DNA from: a bacterium
GTDB lineage: Bacteria > UBA8248
Direction: 5' to 3'
Length of the DNA stretch: 64,000 nucleotides
NCBI GenBank assembly: GCA_965207065.1
Contig: OZ242260.1
Coordinates: 1,632,001-1,696,000 of the forward strand
Numbering within the stretch: the first letter of the stretch is position 1; every line of letters starts with the position of its first letter. Below are positions 19,384 through 28,154 of this stretch, piece after piece. Position numbers and translations under genes: made by a program. The notes under the pieces are model-generated. The model was not told the origin of the DNA. It was given only the letters and a program-made list of their open reading frames with translations, and searched no databases.

Positions 19384-19971
19384 ATGGGACAGATGGGTCT
19401 GGCATCCAGCGAAACGGTGAGCGTACTGATCTTTCTTCTGCCCGGATTCGTGGCGGCGGCTGTTTTCTATTGGCTCACATCGCATCCCAGGCCCGGCGCG
19501 TTCGAGCGAATCGTTCAGGCATTGATTTTCACCATCTTGGTGCAGGCGGTGGTGAAGATGTTTTTCATCGTCGTGGAGAGCATCGGCTGGACTTTTACTT
19601 GGGATGAGGCGTGGCGGCTGGTTTTCTCGACCTTGGTGGCAATCGGTCTTGGTTTCTTGTCGGTCTATTTTTTGAACAAGGATATACTGCATCGTTATTT
19701 GCGCCGCATCGGTATCACGAGGGAGAATTCCTATCCGTCGCAGTGGTATTCCGCCTTCGACCGCCATGCGGGCTGCTATCTTGTATTGCACCTGAAGGGC
19801 GAACGCCGCCTTTACGGCTGGCCCACGGAGTGGCCGGGTCGCCCGGATGAAGGACATTTTTTGATTGAGGAGGTAGAATGGCTTCATGGCGACGAGCGCA
19901 CTCCCGCGGAGGGTGTCGTCGGCATGTTGGTCCCAGTCTCCGAAGTCGAAATGGTGGAGTTTTTGATTTAG
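19384..19971 (+). CDS. DUF6338-like membrane protein
   Basis: IFLLPGF N-terminus, three TMs, then SQWYSAF..YLVLHLKGERRLYGW Sm/SH3-like C-domain; GGAG RBS. Confidence 0.7.
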   Translation: MGQMGLASSETVSVLIFLLPGFVAAAVFYWLTSHPRPGAFERIVQALIFTILVQAVVKMFFIVVESIGWTFTWDEAWRLVFSTLVAIGLGFLSVYFLNKDILHRYLRRIGITRENSYPSQWYSAFDRHAGCYLVLHLKGERRLYGWPTEWPGRPDEGHFLIEEVEWLHGDERTPAEGVVGMLVPVSEVEMVEFLI

Positions 19972-20000
19972 GCAATTTCATCGAATCCGAGGAGCAATCC

Positions 20001-20096
20001 ATGGTTAGAGAACAGAACCCGCCCCCAAGCAGATCCGGAAAAGGCCCGGCCGTCAAGCCTCCGCCTCCGCCGCCTCCACCGCCGAAGAAGAGGTAG
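20001..20096 (+). CDS. 31-aa proline-rich small peptide
   Basis: GAGGAG RBS, ATG; MVREQNPPPSRSGKGPAVKPPPPPPPPPKKR*; Pro codons vary (CCT/CCG/CCA). Confidence 0.55.
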   Translation: MVREQNPPPSRSGKGPAVKPPPPPPPPPKKR

Positions 20097-20238
20097 GGCT
20101 GCCCAAGGCCTGAAAACCGATAGTTGCGTTGATGAGTCGTGAAGTTCGGTCTTATCTATCACCCGCCGCGCGTTTCGGAATCACTCCTCGAAAAAAGCCG
20201 AACAATACGAGAAGGCATTTTTGACTTTTGCCTTTGAA

Positions 20239-20391
20239 CGTCATTCCGGCGCATGCCGGAATCCAGAGCCGATGAGGACGCCGACACCGCAGGACGACTC
20301 ATAAAAACGATAAAGCGAAAAGAAAAACCCAAAGATAAAGTGAAATGCCCAACGCGGGTATTTCTGGATTCCGGCATGCGCCGGAATGACG
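20239..20391. repeat. Inverted pair (REPIN-like) of 29-bp palindrome CGTCATTCCGGCGCATGCCGGAATCCAGA
   Basis: Perfect inverted copies at 20239-20267 and 20363-20391; degenerate copies about 18696-18720 and 16381-16391. Confidence 0.85.
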
Positions 20392-20501
20392 GGAGTGGAG
20401 AGGTCTTTGTAGGGGCGGACCCGCGTGTCTGCCTGCCTTTCTTGAAGGGCAAAAAGAGAACTGTAGGGTAGCCTGTGAATTCTGGGGAATTGCGAACAGT
20501 A

Positions 20502-20713
20502 ACTCCCCCTTGAGAGTTCTTGCTGTCCGACGAGAGAGTAATTCACTCCCCCCTTGAGGGGGAGTCGACGAGGTAAGGGCGCAAGCCCGCAAGCAAGTCG
20601 GTGGGGGGAGCATTTTCTGTGGCATGTCCCCCCACGGATTCAGCCTTCGCAAAAATGCTCGGCTTCATCGTCTGGCTTTCCCCTCGGGAAGCCAGACCCT
20701 CAAGGGGTGAGTG
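20502..20713. mobile_element. MITE/REPIN-like element, copy 1 (degenerate right end)
   Basis: Similar over about 200 bp to 35636-35831 (GAGAGTTCTTGC.GTCCGACGAGAGAGTAATTCACTCCCCCCTTGAGGGGGAGTC ... TGTGGCATGTCCCCCCAC.GATTCAGCCTTCGCA). Confidence 0.7.
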
Positions 20714-20775
20714 AATTGGAAGCTCCTCAAGGGGGAATCAAGATTCCCTGTGTTTCTCCGTTCTTCGGAAATGGC

Positions 20776-22482
20776 CTACTTGAACCGCGCGTCGTTCAGC
20801 CGCCAGTAGACCTCCGTCCCCTTGAGTATGGGGTTTTCTTTGGCGTAGTCCCAAGACGTTTTGCCGGATTTGTCTCTTGCCATTGGGTTCGCTCCGGCAT
20901 CCAGCAATACGAACACTACAGCTGGGGTTTTGCTTAACGCCGCAGCGACATGCAAGGGTGTCAATCCATGATTTGCTTTCAGGCTCACCTTGGCTCCAGC
21001 TTGTATGAGGGAGGTTAAAATTACCGGATATTTACTGTGCCGTGCCGCATAGTGTAGCGGTGTCAATCCTTTTTCATCCCGTGCGTTCGGGTCGGCTCCT
21101 GCTTTCACGAGAGTTGTCACGTCCACAGGTGATTTGCCAATCTCCGCAATCATGTGGAGGCGTGTCCACCCTTTTTCAGTTCGTGCATTCACCTTGGCTC
21201 CTGCATCTAGCAAAGCCGCAGTGATTTTGTTATTTGCAGCCATGTGCAGGGGCGTCCAACCAATTTGTGTCCGTGCGTTTAATTTGGCTCCAGCACGCAA
21301 CAATGTATTCAGAATTGCTGGAGTTTTATTTTTCGCCGCCGCGACGTGTAAGGGGGTCAACCCCAGATTTGTTCTCGCACTCACCTTAGCTCCAGCTTTT
21401 ATGAGAGCGGTTATAATTGCAGGCTTTTTACTGTGCCTCGCCGCGATGTGTAGAGGTGTCCTTCCTTTTTCGTCTCGCGCGTCCGGGTTTTTAGTTTTTA
21501 GACAACGGGAGAGGTCCGCCACTCGTGCGTGCTTAAAGAACTTCAACGTGTTCCAGCTCTCACAAGGAAGTATTACTGATGACGTAAGAGTTGCCTTCAT
21601 CTCTCTTTTTAGTTTTTTCCTTAGTTTCGGAGGTTTGAGCCGTTCCTCATCAAGTCGTTTGCAAACATCCGTCCCTTTGAGCGCAATATTCGCATTTGAG
21701 TAATATCGCGGCGTTTCACCCGCTATGTTTTTCGCCAAAGGGTTAGCCCCAGCGTCCAATAAGGTTTTCACGATGGCGGGGTTTTTATTGAAGGCCGTCG
21801 CCCAATGTAAGGGAGTCAATCCAAATTCATCCTGCGCGTTCAAGTTGGCCCCAGCCTTAATCAGGAAGGTCACGACTTCTGGTATTTTGTTCCACCCCGC
21901 TGCAATGTGTAAGGGTGTCCATCCGTTTTTATTCTCTGCGGTCACTTTCGACCCAGCCTCAAGACAATAGGAGATATCCTCCACACTAGCGCACTCGAAG
22001 AACTCTCTTGTATTCCAATTTGCACATGAAACTCGCTCCAGTTGCTGGTGAAGCTTCGTTCCTTTGAGTGCAAAGTTCTTCTTTGCATAATCCGATGGCG
22101 TATTACCTGCGTTGTCTCTCGCCGCTAAATCTGCTCCTGCATCCAGCAAGCTTTTCACGACGTATGGGTCTGTGCTGAATAGTGCGGCCCAGTGCAGGGG
22201 AGTTAATCCTGTTTTATCTCGCGCGTTTGGGTTGGCCCCTGTCTTGAGCAAGACTTTCACAACATGGGATACACTAAACGCAGCTGCATAGTGCAAGGGT
22301 GTTTTTACGCCTTTCTGCTTTCTGTTCTGATTTATTAGGAGACAGCGGGAGATACCCGCCAAATCAGCGCTCCCTAAAAATTCTCTTGTATTCCAATTTG
22401 CACATAAAACCTCTGCTGACGCCGGAGTCGCGTTCACCCACGCGACAACCCACAGGAAAAGCACCACGAGCAAGGGCCTCAT
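20776..22482 (-). CDS. Secreted ankyrin-repeat protein with three tandem capped ANK modules
   Basis: Signal peptide (ASA-EV); three CxxWNT..C modules with 2, 2 and 6 ANK repeats; visibly lower GC than flanks. Confidence 0.92.
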   Translation of the reverse strand: MRPLLVVLFLWVVAWVNATPASAEVLCANWNTREFLGSADLAGISRCLLINQNRKQKGVKTPLHYAAAFSVSHVVKVLLKTGANPNARDKTGLTPLHWAALFSTDPYVVKSLLDAGADLAARDNAGNTPSDYAKKNFALKGTKLHQQLERVSCANWNTREFFECASVEDISYCLEAGSKVTAENKNGWTPLHIAAGWNKIPEVVTFLIKAGANLNAQDEFGLTPLHWATAFNKNPAIVKTLLDAGANPLAKNIAGETPRYYSNANIALKGTDVCKRLDEERLKPPKLRKKLKREMKATLTSSVILPCESWNTLKFFKHARVADLSRCLKTKNPDARDEKGRTPLHIAARHSKKPAIITALIKAGAKVSARTNLGLTPLHVAAAKNKTPAILNTLLRAGAKLNARTQIGWTPLHMAANNKITAALLDAGAKVNARTEKGWTRLHMIAEIGKSPVDVTTLVKAGADPNARDEKGLTPLHYAARHSKYPVILTSLIQAGAKVSLKANHGLTPLHVAAALSKTPAVVFVLLDAGANPMARDKSGKTSWDYAKENPILKGTEVYWRLNDARFK

Positions 22483-22492
22483 TTGTACCCCC

Positions 22493-23200
22493 TCACCCCC
22501 TCTTCCACTTCACGAAATCCAGCCACCACGTCTCCCTTACCGCGTTCTTGAGATTCGGCCGCATGGCCGCGCTTCTGGGTGTGCCGTAGGCGGCTTCCTC
22601 CCAGGCGTCCGTTGTCGGGATGGTCGGGTCTTCCATGTCGTATAGCGCAATGATGCGCCGCACGCTCTTTTTCGTCTCCTGAATCTCCGCCTCCGCCGTC
22701 GCTCCGCCCGTGGCGGCGGTTTCTAACTGATACACGCGCCCGCGTGTCATGCCCTCCACCGCATACAGCCGCTCCAGGTGCTCCTCGCGGTACCAGGCGA
22801 GCATCTCCTCTTTCATCTCCTCGGTGTCGGGATTGGGACTCACCATGTAGACGTAAGGCGCATCAAAACGGTGCGGCTCCCCGATGGAAGTCTGAAGGCT
22901 GTACACGGCGCGCTCCGCGTTATTGATGAACGCCATGCACTCCCTGGTCCAGGGGGAGGGGTTGTCCCTCGATTCTTTGTAGTAATCGCTCTCGAACGCC
23001 GCGAGGGTATCGCCCTCGAAGGTGCAGAGAATGTTGTGATTCGCGCCGGCGTCCACCGCGTTGTAGCGGTAGCCCACCCGGAAGCCGGGGCCGTCCATCC
23101 TGTCGGTGGAATGCTCGCAGTTGTGCCACTTTCTGAACTCCTCGTGGTTCTCTGCGTCGACGTTCAGCCAGATGGCGACGAGCGCCTGGGTCGGGTTCAT
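22493..23200 (-). CDS. DUF4286/EthD-like tandem dimeric alpha+beta barrel protein
   Basis: Two repeats: EEFRKWHNCEH..GPGFRVGYRY and LAWYREEHLERL..EGMTRGRVY. Confidence 0.65.
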   Translation of the reverse strand: MNPTQALVAIWLNVDAENHEEFRKWHNCEHSTDRMDGPGFRVGYRYNAVDAGANHNILCTFEGDTLAAFESDYYKESRDNPSPWTRECMAFINNAERAVYSLQTSIGEPHRFDAPYVYMVSPNPDTEEMKEEMLAWYREEHLERLYAVEGMTRGRVYQLETAATGGATAEAEIQETKKSVRRIIALYDMEDPTIPTTDAWEEAAYGTPRSAAMRPNLKNAVRETWWLDFVKWKRG

Positions 23201-23215
23201 CCGAAGAATCTCCTT

Positions 23216-24649
23216 TTATTCGATGCCCGCGAGGCGTTTCGCGTAATCGATGGCGGGGGTGACCTCGTGCTCGCGCCAGATGGTCATCTTCTCGGCCTCG
23301 ATGCTGCCTTCGGCGTGAATCGCCAGCACGGCCTGGTAGCCCGCGAAGTCGGACGCCGTAATCTCGGCGATCAGGTTCATGAGCCTGAGCCGCTCTTCCG
23401 TCGACGCGGCGGGCGAAGCGCCGAGGTATTTGTCGATGATTTCACTTAGCCTGGGGTCGTCCATGTCCTCCTCGCTCGGACCTGTGACGAGCAGCCCGCC
23501 CGCAATGTCCTGCACCCAGGCGAGCGCCTGGTGGTAGCCGGTGGCGAAGTGCAGCTTCGCGATGTTTATTACTTCGGCGTTGGGTATGGCGACGCCATCC
23601 ATGACTTTGCATTCCCTCGCGGCTTCTCGCGTCATGCCCCGGCAGATCTGCGCGTAGGAGATGAGCTTGGCGAGCTTGTCGCGCACGTGGCCCGCGCGCA
23701 GGATGCCGTTGTACTCCGCCATCAGGTGCGATGCGCCCACGAACAGGTCCACGAGCGGCAGCTTGTAGCTCACGGCGGTGAAGCGGTGGAACTCGACGAA
23801 GGTCTTCGCAAGCGGCCCGGCCATGTCCACCTCGCCGTTCAAGAACACGCGCTCCCAGGGCACCTTCACGTCGTCGAAGACGGTGAGCGTCTCCATCATC
23901 TTGTGCTTGCTCGAAATCGGGTTCTCGAACTCGGTTCCCTTCCTGCCGCCGTAGCCGCTGGCCAGCATGGTGAGGCCTGGCGCGTTGGCGGGCACGGCGC
24001 AGGCCACGGCGTACGCTTCATCGCCCGCCCGCATGTTTCTCGTCGGCAGCACGATTATCTCGTGCGCGTTCGTGGAAACCGAAGTGTGCACCTTCGCCCC
24101 GCGCAGGGTGATTCCCTCCTCATCCTGGGCCGCCACGCGGACGTAGTAATCGGGATGCGCCTGATCGGCAGGCCCCTTGCCCCTGTCTCCTTTCACGTCC
24201 GTCTGGGCGACGGCGACGGCGAGGTCGTTCTCCCGGCAGTGGTCGTGGAATTTCCGGACGCGCTCCAGGTAGCTCGTCCCCATGTTCTTGTCCATGTAAG
24301 AGGCCAGGAGACGCAGGGCGAAGAGCGCGTCGGTTCCAATCTCCTTGATGAGCACCACGAGCGTGCCGCCAAGCGCGGTGGCGCGCTCGATGAGAGCGCT
24401 TCTCTTCAAGAGATCGTCCGCGTTTTCGGGGATGTGGTAGTAGCGCGAGTAGGGGCCGTCCGGGCCGTCGACGAGCGCGAGTTCCTTGTCGGCCTCGTCT
24501 TCGGCCATCTCGTAGTCGATGGCGGCGTGATCCACCGCGATCCCGATGACGGGGTGGGTGGCCACATTTTCCACGCGCTCGCCCCGGTAGTAGACGACGC
24601 GGCCGTCATTCAGGCTTTGTTTGTATTCTTCGGGGCTCATGAGCGGCAT
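23216..24649 (-). CDS. 4-hydroxybutyryl-CoA dehydratase (AbfD)/HpaB-family flavoprotein
   Basis: YKQSLNDGRVVYYRGERVENV, AQTDVKGDR, LRGAKVH, VFDDVKVPWERVF, HAEGS. Confidence 0.85.
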   Translation of the reverse strand: MPLMSPEEYKQSLNDGRVVYYRGERVENVATHPVIGIAVDHAAIDYEMAEDEADKELALVDGPDGPYSRYYHIPENADDLLKRSALIERATALGGTLVVLIKEIGTDALFALRLLASYMDKNMGTSYLERVRKFHDHCRENDLAVAVAQTDVKGDRGKGPADQAHPDYYVRVAAQDEEGITLRGAKVHTSVSTNAHEIIVLPTRNMRAGDEAYAVACAVPANAPGLTMLASGYGGRKGTEFENPISSKHKMMETLTVFDDVKVPWERVFLNGEVDMAGPLAKTFVEFHRFTAVSYKLPLVDLFVGASHLMAEYNGILRAGHVRDKLAKLISYAQICRGMTREAARECKVMDGVAIPNAEVINIAKLHFATGYHQALAWVQDIAGGLLVTGPSEEDMDDPRLSEIIDKYLGASPAASTEERLRLMNLIAEITASDFAGYQAVLAIHAEGSIEAEKMTIWREHEVTPAIDYAKRLAGIE

Positions 24650-24813
24650 GGTGGATTCCTCCCGGTTCTTGAATGCGCCCTGGGGGCGGCTGCGTGTGAT
24701 GTCGGTGAGTGGACAGGGTATCTTCTTTCGCGCTTCGGTGAAACGCCGCCCCGCCGGAATCAGGCGAAAAAAGGGCCGCCCACGCCTTTTTCACGCGGAC
24801 GGCCCAAGAGGCT

Positions 24814-25071
24814 TTACGCTTCTGCGAGTTCGCTCAGCTTGCCTTCCTTGTCGTAGGCCTGGAGCTGCGGGAAGCCGCCGATGACCTCGTCGTCGATGAC
24901 GATCTGGGGCACCGACTTGCCGCTGGTGCGCGCGATCATGGCGTCCCATTCGGGCGAGCCGCCGAACACCAGGTGCTCGGTCCATTCGAGACCGCGCTTT
25001 TTCAGGAGGTTCTTCGCGGCCAGACAGAAGGTGCAGGGTTCGGTGGTATAGACTTCGATGCTTGCTGCCAT
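24814..25071 (-). CDS. grxC: Glutaredoxin (Grx3-like)
   Basis: CTFC active site, SVPQIVID, IGG. Confidence 0.88.
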   Translation of the reverse strand: MAASIEVYTTEPCTFCLAAKNLLKKRGLEWTEHLVFGGSPEWDAMIARTSGKSVPQIVIDDEVIGGFPQLQAYDKEGKLSELAEA

Positions 25072-25527
25072 TTTTCTCTCCATGAAGACGGCATTGACGG
25101 GTGAACGGGTTCGCGCCTCGCATGAGACGCCTGCTCATCCATAAAATAACAAAACGCCGGTCTTTCGTCATCTGAAATAGCGGTTGTTGAAAAAGCCTTT
25201 ATCAAAGGAGCAACCCCCCCCTACCCCCCCTTGTCAGGGGTCAAACGCGAGTGAGGAACGAGCGTTTGCAGAAGCCATTGGCGGGAAACGCATCGCCTTT
25301 TTTTACCCCCCTGTTAAGGGGGGGGTAGGGGGGGTTGGTTTTGAAGGCAGGGGGAGGACGAGCGGGGGGACTTTTTCATCGGCATTCCCCTCGGGATGTC
25401 CGACCCCTCAAGGGGTCAATCCCGACCAAGGCGGGAGGGATTGTGATTCTCTTCTCATCGTTGGTTGGCAATACTGCACATGTCGTTTTACGCAACAAGA
25501 ACCGGCGTTTCGAGAGCGTTAGAATTA

Positions 25528-25611
25528 TTGACACAGGCCCCCAAAAACTATATATATTCTCTCCCTGTTGTTTAGGCAACTTATTTTGGAAAGCATCTTC
25601 TGCTAAACAAC
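25528..25611 (+). promoter_or_regulatory. Sigma70-type promoter and inverted repeat upstream of the polyamine operon
   Basis: TTGACA(25528)-17bp-TATATA(25551); GTTGTTTAG..CTAAACAAC inverted repeat at 25567-25611. Confidence 0.6.
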
Positions 25612-25728
25612 GGATTCCGCCGCCCGGCCCCTTTGCAACGAATGGGATCGTGCGGCCGAATCTTCCGGGTGCGGTAGGTCATGAGTTCGTCCCGGTCCGA
25701 ATACGGCCGGACTTGAGCGGGTGAGGCG

Positions 25729-26328
25729 ATGGCGCACGAATCCCAGGACAAGCCGAGCAGGACGGGCATGAGCCGCTCCGTCGAGAGCATGCTGCGCGTG
25801 GGCGCGCGCATACGGGGCCTCCGCCTCTCCCACGGCCTCACGCAGGAAGAACTCGCCCACCGCTCGAACCTGACCAAGGGGTTCATCTCCCAGCTCGAGC
25901 GCGACCTCACATCGCCCTCCTTGGAAAGCCTGCTGGAGATATTAGAGGCCCTCGACACCGACATCGTCCGCTTCTTTCAGGGTTATGAGGCGGGACGAAT
26001 CGCCTTCGGTCCGGCGGATTCGCGCCATGCGGCGACATACGAGGAAGTCAGCGCCTTCGAGCTCATGGTGCCCGGAACGGCGAACCGCAACATGGAGCCG
26101 GCGCTGGTGACGATGGAACCGGGCGAGTCGATTTATGAAGACGCGCACGCGGGCGAGGAGTTCGGCTACGTTCTGGAGGGCAAGGTGCAGATTACATACG
26201 GGGAGATGCGCGCCAAGTCGAAAAGAGGGGAGTGGTTCTATTTCGCCTCGGACAGAAACCACCGCGTGGCGAATCCCTACAAGAAGCGCGCGAGGCTCCT
26301 CTGGGTGTCCACGCCGCCGAGTTTCTGA
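25729..26328 (+). CDS. XRE-HTH plus cupin transcriptional regulator (PuuR-like)
   Basis: LTQEELAHRSNLTKGFISQLERDLTSPSL HTH; HAGEEFGYVLEG cupin. Confidence 0.9.
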   Translation: MAHESQDKPSRTGMSRSVESMLRVGARIRGLRLSHGLTQEELAHRSNLTKGFISQLERDLTSPSLESLLEILEALDTDIVRFFQGYEAGRIAFGPADSRHAATYEEVSAFELMVPGTANRNMEPALVTMEPGESIYEDAHAGEEFGYVLEGKVQITYGEMRAKSKRGEWFYFASDRNHRVANPYKKRARLLWVSTPPSF

Positions 26329-26380
26329 TTTGAGGAGCGCCGGACATGGTCTGTCGATTCGCATTAGGAGGAACGCCGAG

Positions 26381-26818
26381 TTGAATTCCCTGGGCCGCCA
26401 TCTGCTGGCGGAATTTTATGACTGCGCCTCGGATGCCCTGAACGATCCCGGGCGGGTCGAGCGATTGATGAACGAGGCCGCGCGCCTGAGCGGGGCCACC
26501 GTCGTGCAGAGCGTGTTCCACACCTTCAGCCCCCACGGGGTGAGCGGGGTGGTCGTGGTGGAGGAAAGCCATCTGGCGGTGCATACCTGGCCCGAGCATA
26601 ACTACGCGGCGGTGGATTATTTCTCCTGCGGCGAGGTGGATTGCGACGCGGCGGTGCGCTATCTGGCAGAGCACCTCCTGCCCGCCCGCGTGGAGACGAA
26701 AGAGGTGCCGCGCGGCGTCCTCGAAGAACGCGAGGTGTCGCTTGACGCGCCGTTCGCCACGAACGGGGAAGGGGAAACATCCCTCATGCTCAAGAACGGG
26801 GAGGGGCGCGGGCGATGA
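26381..26818 (+). CDS. speD: S-adenosylmethionine decarboxylase proenzyme
   Basis: TTG start after [44 protein letters not shown] cleavage motif. Confidence 0.95.
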   Translation: MNSLGRHLLAEFYDCASDALNDPGRVERLMNEAARLSGATVVQSVFHTFSPHGVSGVVVVEESHLAVHTWPEHNYAAVDYFSCGEVDCDAAVRYLAEHLLPARVETKEVPRGVLEEREVSLDAPFATNGEGETSLMLKNGEGRGR

Positions 26819-27282
26819 TCGTCGCAACACCGACGAAGTATTTCATGGCCCACGGATGCGCCGAGGGCGTGACGGAGCTGAACGCCTTCGACGCCGCGCT
26901 CCTGCGCGCGGGCGTGGGCGACACGAACCTCGTCCGGGTGAGCAGCATCCTGCCGCCCGGATGCGAGGAGATGGAGCCGCCCCCGCTGCCGCCGGGCGCG
27001 CTCGTTCCGGCGGCCTATGCGTCCGTGAGTTCAAACAAGCCTGGCCAGGTGATTACGGCGGCGGTGGCGATCGCCTTGCCTGAGGACGAGGCGCACCCCG
27101 GCCTCATCATGGAGCATCACGGCCACGCCCCCCGCGCGGGGGTGGAGGAGGAGGCCCGGCGCATGGCGGAGGCCGGCATGGCGCATCGAGGCGTGAGTAT
27201 CCGGGAGATCAGGAGCGTCGCCACCGAACTCGTCGTGATGAATATTGGCGCCGCCTTCGCGGGAGTCATCCTTTGGAGCTGA
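26815..27282 (+). CDS. pdaD: Pyruvoyl-dependent arginine decarboxylase
   Basis: [27 protein letters not shown] Ser-Ser cleavage motif; GLIMEH. Confidence 0.9.
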   Translation: MIVATPTKYFMAHGCAEGVTELNAFDAALLRAGVGDTNLVRVSSILPPGCEEMEPPPLPPGALVPAAYASVSSNKPGQVITAAVAIALPEDEAHPGLIMEHHGHAPRAGVEEEARRMAEAGMAHRGVSIREIRSVATELVVMNIGAAFAGVILWS

Positions 27283-27296
27283 CGCGCGCCCCCTTC

Positions 27297-28154
27297 ATGC
27301 CCGAAAGCCCTCCGGCCAAGCCGGCCACCTGGTTCACCGAGTATCACGGCCCCGGCACCGGCCTCACCATGAAGGTGCTGCGCACCCTCTATTCCGCAAA
27401 GAGCGCGTTTCAGGAAATCACCGTGGTCGAAACCGAGGATTTCGGCCGCGTCCTTCTCCTGGACGGTATCATCCAGACCACCGAGCGCGATGAGTTCATC
27501 TACCACGAGATGCTCGTCCACGTGCCCTTGTGCGCGCATCCCGAACCCAGGAACGTCCTCATCGTCGGCGGCGGGGACGGCGGGTGCGTCCGCGAGGCGC
27601 TCAGGCACGAGACGGTCGAGCGCGTCACCCTGGTCGAGATCGACGAGATGGTGGTGGATTGCTGCCGCGAGTTCCTGCCGGGCATCGCGGGAGGGCTGGA
27701 CGACCCGCGCGTGGAGGTGCGCATCGAGGACGGGGTGAAGTTCATCGAGGGCAGGGAAGAGGCGTTCGACGTCATCCTGGTCGATTCCACCGACCCGGTC
27801 GCCATGGCGAACCCGCTCACGCAGGTCTCCTTTTTCCGCGCGGCCAAGCGCGCCTTGGCGCCCGGCGGCCTCTACGCCGCGCAGACGCAGGGCCCCGTGT
27901 TCGAGGGTCACCGGATGCGGCGCATCACGAGGCGCATCCGGCGGGTGTTCCCCGGCGCGGCGACGTATCTCGCGAACGTGCCGACCTATCCGGGGGGGAT
28001 ATGGTCGTTCGCGCTGGCGCCGAAATCGACGAAAACGGACGTCCGCGCGGAGCCGAGAGCGCTGCCCCCCGATGTGAAGACCCACTACTACTCCCCCGCG
28101 ATTCACGAAGCCGCCTTCACGCATCCCCCCTACGTGGCGGAGATGCTGGGCTGA
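27297..28154 (+). CDS. speE: Polyamine aminopropyltransferase (spermidine synthase)
   Basis: LDGIIQTTERDEFIYHEM, VLIVGGGDGG, VEID, DSTDP, PTYPGG. Confidence 0.96.
   Translation: MPESPPAKPATWFTEYHGPGTGLTMKVLRTLYSAKSAFQEITVVETEDFGRVLLLDGIIQTTERDEFIYHEMLVHVPLCAHPEPRNVLIVGGGDGGCVREALRHETVERVTLVEIDEMVVDCCREFLPGIAGGLDDPRVEVRIEDGVKFIEGREEAFDVILVDSTDPVAMANPLTQVSFFRAAKRALAPGGLYAAQTQGPVFEGHRMRRITRRIRRVFPGAATYLANVPTYPGGIWSFALAPKSTKTDVRAEPRALPPDVKTHYYSPAIHEAAFTHPPYVAEMLG

Noticed and set aside
16438-22482. CRISPR array or DGR in the repetitive region
   Set aside because: Repeats are in-frame ~99-nt ankyrin coding units or scattered palindromes; no repeat-spacer periodicity, cas gene or reverse transcriptase
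23531-24856. Long antisense ORFs (also 4758-5831, 16697-17992, 56579-57808, 60227-61408)
   Set aside because: Typical high-GC shadow frames opposite well-supported genes, with no motifs
15744-25071. Sec in OsmC or glutaredoxin
   Set aside because: All active-site positions are Cys codons in uninterrupted ORFs
27530-28153. N-terminal extension of the agmatinase ORF
   Set aside because: Off-frame overlap with speE; the true start is the ATG at 28154
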